Source: the human T2T-CHM13v2.0 reference genome, Homo sapiens. Taken from it: DNA of 64,000 nucleotides. The notes beneath the pieces were generated by a model, which saw only the letters and a program-made list of their open reading frames with translations, did not search any database and was not told where the DNA came from. The stretch lies in NCBI RefSeq assembly GCF_009914755.1, contig NC_060928.1. The stretch is one strand, 5' to 3'. The position numbers were made by a program, and so were the translations under genes. Position 1 is the first letter of the stretch, and each line of letters opens with the position of its first letter. Below are positions 54,087 through 64,000 of the stretch, in pieces.

Positions 54087-54909
54087 CACATGACTGTTTT
54101 CTAGGTTCAGGATTAATGAACGAACAAGCAGGAAAGTTCTTCAGGCTATTGTGCCCTCTTGAAATTATTTACCTAAGCCAGCATTTCCTAACATAGAGTT
54201 CTTCACAACACTACACAGAAAGAAAAAAAAAAGCATTTACTTTCATAATAGTTTGAGAGGTATTGCAACCTGTTTTTTGGAAATGTATAAGCATGCACGC
54301 ACACATGTACACACACACATATACCTAATGGATATAATTATTTATAGTTACAGCTATAAATAGATAGCATAGTTATAGTTATGGATAAATGATCAGCAGT
54401 AAACAAACCTCCTTCATTTTGTTTTATTAAAAATTCTGAAATTTTATGTACAGACTGACACGTTCTCTTTCTGCTTCCCCAAAGTGCACAGAGAACTTTG
54501 GTAAATGCTGAAGTAAACATTAGTGACAGCTAGTGAATCCTTCAACACTGATGAAGGCAACCTTTTACTTTAGGCCAAAGTCAACCAAAGCTGGCTTACA
54601 TGAGGGCAAATCGTGTACATCAGGAACAAATTAGGAAGTTCAGAACACATTAGCAGCTGAGAAACTCATATCCTGTTCCTGGAGTCCTAATACTCTGTAC
54701 ATAGTGATTGCTCAGTAAATTTAATTAATTTAAACTAAAAATTAATCATTTAAGAGATTATGTGCAGTGCAGAACTTGTGCTAAAGCATATAGCATTCAC
54801 TAAAGAAGGTATTAAGCGTGAGCACATGTCCTACAAAGTTGTTGGATTACAATCACAGGCTTATACAAATTTATAATAGATAAATTTATTTCTATCTAAA
54901 ATAACATGT

Positions 54910-55018
54910 ATATGTAACATTTCTAGTTCTACAAATTATGGAAATTATTTACATAAAGATCCCATTGTCTCAAAGTATAATTTATTTAGAAAGTCATTCC
55001 ATCAGTCTGCATGAAACT
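54910..55018 (+). repeat. Left copy of the 109-bp direct repeat flanking the L1PB
   Basis: Aligns ungapped to 60863-60971 with 12 mismatches. Confidence 0.93.
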
Positions 55019-58000
55019 TTCTGGAAAACATCAGAGTCACTGCATCCCCACCAAAGAACACCCTCTAGGTTCAGGCTTGCAAAAAAGAATCACAATCTGA
55101 TTCTAATCTGAATAGTTGCAGCACTGAGACAAGAGTGTGTCTGATAGGTGGATAACTTTCCTGCTGACCTGCCACGGGAGTTGAGGTGGCTCCAACCCTT
55201 CTCCCTGATAAGACCTCAGTGCAACTCACTGAGAGCTCCTGCGGCCGCATCTTTCAAGGCTGGGAATGTGTTTACCTGCATGCTTTAGCCACAGCTAATT
55301 ACTACCCAAAAATACCTCCCGTACTGGTCTGAAGCCTGAATCATCAAACCAATAAATAAAATACTGGAGGAAAATGAATAAATAAATAAATAAGTGCATG
55401 CGGAATGAGATAAAGTTTAAGAGACCACACAGGAGATAGTAAACTTGTTCACTTACTGAGCACATTGCTACTAAAACCAGCATATGAGAGAGCCATCATA
55501 CAAAGACTCTCTATAACCAAAGAAATCTGACAGAGTCTTTACCCCTGAAAGCACTAATAACAGAATTAGGCTATAATTAACTATAAGCATTAAAGTCTCA
55601 TACTTAAGGGGAAAAAATAAATTTAAAAATAAACAAACAAAAAAAGTCAAATCAAACCTAAATTCAAGAATAATTAGAAGAAATAGTCTAACCAAGTGAG
55701 AAGGAACCAGAAAAATAACTCTGGTAATGTAACAAAAACAGAGTGCTGTAACACCCACAAAAGTTCATACTAGCTCTTCAGCAATGGACTCATGCCAACA
55801 TGAAATCTTTGAAATACCAGATAAGGAATTCAGAAGATGGATTATTAAGCTACTTAAGGAGATATCAGAGAAAGGTGAAAATGATTATAAAGGAATTTTT
55901 AAAAGCAGTTCAGAATATGAATAAAAAACTTTCTAGAGAGATAGACATCATCAATAAAAACCAACCAGAACTTCTGGAAATTGAGAGAATTACAAAATGC
56001 AGTGACAAGTTTTAATAATAGCCTGGAACACATAGAAGAACAAATTTCAGAACTTGAAGACAAAGCTTTTGAATTAACACAATCAGACAAAAATAAATAA
56101 AAAGAATTAAACAAAAGAACAGTCTCCAAAAATATGCAGTCATGAAAAATGGACAAGCTTAAGAATAACTCATGCTCCTGAAGCAGAAGAGAAAATATTA
56201 AGTCTGACAAAAGTATCTGATGCAATAAATGAGGGAAACTTCCCTGGCCTGGCTAGAGATCTAGTTATCTAAATCTAAGAAGCTCAAAGAACTCCTGGGA
56301 AAGTTATTGCAGAAAGATCTTCACCAAGACATATAGTCATCAGACTATCTAAAGTCAACATAAAGGAAAGAATTGTAAGAGCAGTAATAAAAAAGCATCA
56401 GGTAGCCTACAAAGGAAATCCTATTAGACTAACAGCAGACTTCTCAGTAGAAACCTTACAAGCCAGAGGGATTGGGGTCCTATCTTTAATCTCCTTAAGC
56501 AGAACAACTTTCAGCCAAGAATTTTGTACCCTGCAAGACTAAGTTTTATAAATGAAGGAGAAATAAAATCATTTTCAGACAAATAAACGATGAGGGAATT
56601 TGTCACTACTAAATCAGCAGTACAAGAAGTGCTAAAAGGACCTCTAAACGTTGAAACAAAAGCCAGATACTCAGTAAAATGGAACTTCTTAAAAGTTTAA
56701 AACTCACAGGGCCTATAAAACATTAACACAATGAAAAAAACTATATAGGTAATAATTATGAATGTAGAAAATAGTACCTCACATCTCAATATTAATATTG
56801 AATGTAAGTGCCCTAAAAGCTCCACTTAAAAGATAGAGGCAAAATGGATTAAAAATCACAATCCAAATATCTGCTGTCTTCAAGAGATTCATGTAACGTG
56901 GAAGAATTCATATAAACTCAAGGTAAAAGGTGGTAAAATGGTATTGCATGCAAATGAAAACCAAAAGCAAGCAGGAATAGCTGTTCTTAAATGAGGCAAA
57001 ACAAACTTCAAAGAAACAATAAAAAAAGGCAGATTGATCACCATATAATGATAAAAGGACCAATTCAGCAAGAAGACCATGACGATATTACAATCCTAAA
57101 TTTATATGTATCAAACACTGGAGCTCCTAGATTTATGAAACAATTACTACTAGACCTTAGAAATCAGATAGACAATAAAACAATAGTGGGAGACTTCAGT
57201 ACACCACTGAAAGCACTAGACAGATCTTCAAGACAGAAAGTCAACAGAGAAACAATAGATTTAAATGACACTTCAGAACAAGTGGACTGAACAAATATCT
57301 ACAGAAAATTATGCCCAAGATCTGCAGAATATGCATTTTTCCCATTGGCACATAGAACATTCTCAAAAATGGACCATGTGACAGGCCACAAAACACGTAT
57401 CAATAAATTCTAAAAAAATGAAATCATATCAACTATCTTCTCAGACCACAATGGAATAAAACTGGAAATCAAATCCAAAAGGAACTCTTAATACTATACA
57501 AATACATAGAAATTAAATAATCTTCTCCTGAATGAACCTGGGTTAACAATGAAATCAAGATGAAAATTTAAAAAATTGTTTGAATCAAATGATAATAATG
57601 GTATAAGTTACCAAAGCCTTTGAGATACAACCAAAGCAATGCTAAGAGAAAAGCTTATAGCACTAAGTGCCTACATCATAAAGTCTGTAAAAGCATAAAC
57701 TGACAACCTAATATCACACCTCAAGAAACTGGAGAAACAAGAACAAACTAAACCTAAAGATAGAAGAAGAAAATAAATAAGTTTAGAGCAGAACTAAATG
57801 AAATTCAAACAAACAAAAACAACAAAAAAGATCAAACAAAAGCTGGTTCTTTGAAAAATTAACAAAATCAGTAATCATTAGCTAGATTAGCCAAGAAAAG
57901 AAGAGAAAAAGTTCAAATAAGCTCAATTAGAAGTGAAACTGGAGAAATTACAACTGACACCAAAAATTACAAAAGATCATTCAATACCACTATGAACATC

Positions 58001-60850
58001 TTTGTGCACACAAACTTGAAAACCTAGAGGAAATGAACAAATTCTTGGAAACATAAAACCCTCCCAGGTTAAATCAGGAAGAAATAGAAATCTTGAACCA
58101 ACCAAAAATGAGCAGTGAGATTGAATCCATCATTTAAAAATTGCCAAGAACAACAACAAAAAGATTATGACCAGATGGATTCACAGATGTTATCTACAAG
58201 ACATTCAAAGTAGAATTGGTACCTATCCTACTGAAACAATTCCAAAAGATTGAGAAAGAAGGAATCCTCCCTAACTTATTCTATGAAGCTAGTATCACAC
58301 CGATACCAAAACTGGAAAAGGACAAGCACAAAAAAAGAAAACTACAGACCAATTTCTGTGATAAAGAAAGATGCAAAAATTCTCAACACAATATTAGTCA
58401 ACTGAATCCAACAGCAGATCAAAAATACAATTCATCATGATCAAGTGGGCTTCATCCAGGGAGGTAGGGATGGTTTAACATATGCAACTCAATAAATATG
58501 ATACATTACATAAACAGAATTGAAAACAAAAACTGTATGATCATCTCAATAGATACAGAAAAAGCATTTGACAAAATCCAGCCTCCCATTATGATAAAAA
58601 CCCCTAACAAACTAGGCATAAAAGTGACCTACCTCAAAACATTTCCTCCAAAGACAGGAACAAGACAAGGAAGCCCACTTTTACCGTTTGTATTCAACAT
58701 AATCCTGGAGGTACTATCCAGAGCAATTTGGCAAAAGAAAGAATAAACGGCATCCAAATTGGAAAAGACGAAGTCCTCTGAAAGCATTCCCCTTTAAAAC
58801 AGGAACAAGACAAGGATGTCCACTTTCACCACTCCTATTCAACATAGTCCTGGGAGTACTAGTCAGAGCAATTAGACAAGAAAAAAATAAATGGCATCCA
58901 AATTGGAAAACAGGAAGCTAAACTATCACTGTTTGCAAATAATATGATTGCCTACCTAGAAAATACTAAAGATTCCTCCAAAAGACTTTAAGGTCTCAGG
59001 TTACAAAATCAATGTAAAAAACCAGTAGCACACTATATACCAACAATAGTGAAGCTGAGAATCAAATCAAGAACTCAATCCCTTTATAATAGCTGCAAAA
59101 ATTAAAATATCTCGGAATATAGCTAACCAAGGAGTGAAAGATCTCTACAAGGAGAACTAGAAAACACTGCTGAAAGAAATCATAGGTGACACAAACAAAT
59201 GGAAACACATCTCATGCTCATGGATTGGAAGAATCAATATTATGAAAATGACCCTACTTTCCAAAGCAATCCACAGATTAATGCAATTCCCATCAAAATA
59301 CCAACATAATTTTTCACTGAATTAAATAAATACAATCCAAAAATTCACATGGAACCAAAAAAGAGCCCAAATAGCCAAAGAAAACCTAAGCAAAAAGTTC
59401 CAATCTGGAGGTATCACATTACCAGACTTCAAATTATACTACCAGATTCTAGTTACTAAAACAGCATGGTACAAGCATAAAAGTTGACACATAGACCACG
59501 GAACAGAATAGAGAACCCAGAAATAAAGCTAAATACATACAGCAAATTGATTTTTGACAAAGCATACAAAAACATGGCAAAATGGATATCCTATTTAATA
59601 AACGGTACTGAGAAAACTGGCAAGCTACATGCGGAAGAATGAAATGAGATTCCTATCTTTCACCTTATACAAAAATTAACTCAAGATGGATCAAAGACTT
59701 AAATATAAGACCTGAAACTGTAAAAATTCTAAAAGACAACATTGGAAAAACTCTTTAGACATCGGCCTTGGCAAAGAATTCATGACTAAGACCCCAAAGC
59801 ACATGCAACAAAAACTAAATAGAAGGGACCTAATTAAACTAAAAAGCTTCTGCATAGCAAAAGAAATAATCAGCAGAGTAAACAGACAACCCACAGAATG
59901 GGAGAAAATATTTGTAAACTATGCATCTGACAAAGGACTAGTATCCAGAATCTATAAGAAACTCAAACAAATCACCAAGAAATAAAAAACAAATAATCCC
60001 TTTAAAAAGTGGACAAAATACATAAATAGTCATTTCTCAAAAGAAGATATACAAATGGTCAACAAACATGAAAAATATGCTCAACATCATGAATCATCAG
60101 GGAAATGCAAATTGAAACTACAGTGACATACCACGTTACTCCTATAAGAATGTCCATTACTAAAATGTCAAAGAACAATAGACGTTGGCATGGATGTGAA
60201 GAAAAGGGAACACTCATATGCTGCTAGTGGGAATGTAAATTAGTGCAACTTGTATGGAAAACGGTGTGGAGATTCCTTAAAGAGCTAAAAGTAGATCTAC
60301 CAATTGTTCCAGTAATCCCACTATTTGATATCTATCCAAAGGTAAAGAAGTCATTATATGAAAAAGACTCTTGCACACTTATGTTTATAGAAGCACAATC
60401 CACAATTGGAAAGAAGTGGAACCAACTTAAGTGCCATCAACTAATGAGTCGATGAAGGAAATGTGCTATATATACACTATGGAATACTACTCAGCCATTA
60501 AAATGAATGAAATAGTTTCTTTTGCAGCAACTTGGATGGAGCTAGAGGCCATTATTTTAAGCAAAGTAACACAGGAGCACAAAACTCTAAACCGTATGTT
60601 CTTACTTATAAGTGGGAGCTAAGTTATGAGTACGTGAAGGCATACAGTGATGTAATAGACTTTAGAGACTCAGAATTGGGAGGATGTGAGAGGGGCTAGG
60701 AATTTTAAAACTACACATTTGGTACAAGGTACTCTACTTGGGTGATGGGTGAACTAAAATCTCAGAATTCACTGCTGTATAATTCATCCACATAACAAAA
60801 AACCACCTGTATCCCAAATTTAAATAATAAAAAAATTAAAAATAAAATAA
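55019..60850 (+). mobile_element. Near full-length decayed L1PB (PB3/4-like): partial 5'UTR, ORF1 about 55.7-56.7 kb, ORF2 about 56.76-60.62 kb, 3'UTR, A tail
   Basis: Endonuclease peptides (ITILNLYVSNTGAPRF, IVGDFSTPL), RT peptides ([20 protein letters not shown]) and C-terminal peptides, with many stops and frameshifts. L1PB 3'UTR 'gggtgatgggtgaactaaaatctcagaattcac'. Confidence 0.95.
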
Positions 60851-60862
60851 TACATATATCAA

Positions 60863-60971
60863 ATATGTTACATTTATACTTCTACAAATTATGAAAAATA
60901 TTTACAGAAAGAGCCCAGTTTATCAAAGTATAATTTATTTATAAAGTCATTCCATCAGTCTACATGAAACT
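60863..60971 (+). repeat. Right copy of the 109-bp direct repeat flanking the L1PB
   Basis: Aligns ungapped to 54910-55018. Confidence 0.93.
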
Positions 60972-61119
60972 GAAGCTATGCACTTTGCTTAGCATTAGGA
61001 ACAAAAGGGATAAGGTGCTCATTAGTGTAGCTTCAAGTTAATTACTAGAATGGCATTCCTGATAACATTATTCAACTTTGTCAATGTTCTATTGTTGCTT
61101 ACACATCTGAAAAATCAAA

Positions 61120-61445
61120 GGCTTAGGGCAGTGATCCATGCCTGTAATTCTAGCACTTTGTGAGACTGAGGCGTGTGGAGCACTTAAGAAAGGAGTTTGA
61201 GATCTGCCTGGGCAACATGGCAAAACCCCAGGTCAAAAAAAAAAAAAAAAACCCCGCAAAAATTAGCTGAGTGTGGTGGCAAATTCCTGTGGTCCCAGCT
61301 ACCCAGCTGCTAGGCAATCTCAGTGGGGAGAATCACCTGAGCCTGGGAAGTCAAGGCTACAGTGAGCTATGATCATGTCGCTACACTCCAGCCTGGGTGA
61401 CAGATTGAGAACCTATCTCAAAAAATAAATAAATAAAATCAAAAA
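61120..61445 (+). mobile_element. Degenerate AluJ
   Basis: 'gcctgggcaacatggcaaaacccc', 'tgagcctgggaagtcaaggctacagtgagctatgatc', (taaa)n tail. TSD gaaaaatca. Confidence 0.92.
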
Positions 61446-64000
61446 GAAAAATCAGCCCATTTTACACCTCCCTATGTGAATATTTTACTTAACAATTGCA
61501 GAATGTAAGGTTTGGCCATTTAAGAATCTGTAAATGTAAGCCTAAATATTTGTCTGTGTATGTATTTTAGGGGAAAATAGTTATCGTCCCTGAATATTAA
61601 TATTTTCCCTTCAAAAACAAGTTATTTTAAATTTAAGCTTCTATTTCATAAAGATATGATATAAAGATATAGGTCATTCTTATTTACAAAAGGTTTCCCT
61701 TACAGTTCAGGCTCTACTCTTCTCCTAGCTAAATTGAATAGGCATTGATGAATAAAGAATCCAAAGATGTTGGCTTCAGGGCTACTGAGATAAATCTCAT
61801 TACACAATATTGTTAAGAAAGCTGCTAGTTTTTCACAGGGCAGCTATTATATGTGACATACAGTAGGCAAAAGATTAAATGCATATTGTGAATTTAAAAA
61901 ATAAAATCATTTCAAATTAAAATAGATTCCTAAAAAGAATATGTGCTGATATGAAAAAAGAAATTTTATAAGCAATTTGTCCTTTAGCTTAATTCATTTC
62001 ACCATATTAAACTTACAAGATTGAATAAATGATATTTTTAACTAATTTAAAATAAAATATTAACTCTGTCACAACATTCTTACTATATGTTAACTTTTAT
62101 TGCTTCCATTGTATATTGGATTGATGGATACATTGAAGGACATGAAATTAACATGGTTTTTATCACAATATGATTACAATAGGATATGATCATTTTCTTA
62201 AAAATTAGAAGCAATTTTAAACAGCCTAAAAACATTCAGGCTCTGTAAGAATCTGTATTTTCATTAAGTAGTTAAGTTGTGAAATGTGGAATTATTTAGG
62301 TGAATTATTTTCAGGAGACCAAAAGAAGATTTTCACCAAAATTATAAAGATTGTTAATTTATATTGACCAGATTTTTCTTGACCAAGATTAAGCAAAAAT
62401 CAATAATTTTCCAGGTTGACTTTAATTTTAATTTTATTCACAGTTTGAATATATAACTATATCTCTATAAAAATAAAACATTCTGAACACAAAATGCAAT
62501 AGAATATAATGTTGACATATATTAATAAGTAATATAATGAATAATAGATATGAAAATATAACAAATTATTATTCAACACATTATTTAGAAACATATATTA
62601 AGGATGCCTTATTTTTGGAATTGATGTTTTAAATGAAATGAAGGCATTTAAAGATTTAAAAACATTTTGTTGGAATGGGTATTTTGCATTTATTTACCTC
62701 TGAGGTTAGATTTAAACCACTGTGTCACACCTTTTTTTAGCACCTGGAACTAGTTTCTTTATAAAATATAACTACCTATCATTTTAAAACATGCAAAAAT
62801 AAATGATTTATTAAGCATGATGAAATTGTGTTCTGTATCTAGATCCATCATAAAATTATAGGTATGTCAATAAAAATTTGATGTGGTGAGTTGAAAGATT
62901 TAAATGCCATGAGCTATTTTCTTGATATTAAGAAAGAATAACTATCCAGGTGTGGTGATATTTTCAGTTAATGTTTCTGTGGAGGTAATTAAAGGCCTAT
63001 CAAATTATGACAAAGATTTAATCATGTGTTAGGTCACAAAGAACTAATCTAAATCTGTCCTCAAGGAAGTTTGTTAAAGTCAGTTTGAATGTGAACTTGT
63101 GTTCTAAACTGAGGTTTGCCATTGGGGCCATATTAATCACCATTTTTTTCTTCAGTTCATGGAACTCTTTTCTACTTATGCTGGCAACCAATAGATGTGC
63201 ATCTTGTATGCTAATGAAATGTGCAAGTTAATTCATTTAGGCCAATGAATAAGCCACTTTTTTCATGTGACACAAGTTTATTTCTAGCCTATATGTGCTT
63301 TTTTTGTTCTCTTTGAATTGCATAGTGAACATACACAGTTCTGTTGTGGGTTGATACGTCCTATAGAAGTCTTTATAGAGGGAGAAAACATTACTGGAGA
63401 TTAAATAGGATTAGATTCATTTAAAATGCATTTTATATTCATACATGCATATAGATCACACTTTTAAATGTTGATTTTATGTTGGACAGCCAGAAAATAG
63501 CAGACAGGTCAATTGGATACTATTCTCTAAAAGCTGACTGAGGACAGGAATGATGTGTAACAGGACCTGCCACAAAGCAGGTAGAAGGTATTCAGGTAAT
63601 TTGTGCTGAATAAAGGAACTAGGGAAACTGAAATTTAATACAATTTTAAGGATGTCTATGTGAAGGCAAATATCCTGGTCACTAAGAGTAATGTTGCAAA
63701 GCTCCGTCAATGTATTAGAATTTTTATTACTTAGCATAAAAATATGTTTTTGGAAATAGCTGTGTATTTTACGGAATTTTCCTGTTTGGATTTAAATGTT
63801 TAACATCCTGTGGTTGTACGTATGTAACAGCATAATTAGGTATTTTGGTTTTACGTGACTTGAGGCTCTGGAAATTTTTTAGAAATGACACAAAAATCAA
63901 TAATCATTGCTGCTTGGGGGATTTAGTGATGACTAGGTATTTTAGTTACATCTTCCACCCAGCATTACTGGGAGCTGGAATAATTCCTTAAAGACAAAGT

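Noticed and set aside
55697-60622. L1 ORF1/ORF2 as functional CDS
   Set aside because: Fragmented by many stops, frameshifts and deletions, so retrotranspositionally dead.

Overview
This is AT-rich mammalian genomic DNA, almost certainly human because it carries a near-consensus AluYb8 at 43.7-44.0 kb. I found no credible protein-coding gene, RNA gene or CRISPR array. The recognisable supplied ORFs are open frames in Alu, L1, LTR or microsatellite sequence, and the rest are short and unsupported. The window looks like a gene desert or deep intron packed with retroelements: about 12 Alus, L1s of many ages (including a near full-length L1PB at 55.0-60.85 kb), MaLR/ERVL/ERV1 LTRs, a degenerate ERV1 provirus with a tRNA-Lys-type PBS, a GC-rich LTR12C, and old hAT MITEs. 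I did not find a new biological system. The structures that repeat annotation alone does not explain are rearrangement scars: (1) a 378-bp, about 97%-identical inverted duplication flanking 2.4 kb (22616-22993 / 25414-25791); (2) a 109-bp direct repeat flanking the L1PB, a giant TSD; (3) a perfect 46-bp fold-back palindrome inside a twin-primed L1PB1; (4) an L1PA with a microhomology-bounded multi-kb internal deletion; (5) an LTR12C lacking most of its CCAAT enhancer array. Subfamily names come from my memory of consensus sequences, not from a RepeatMasker run, and coordinates of old elements are approximate.
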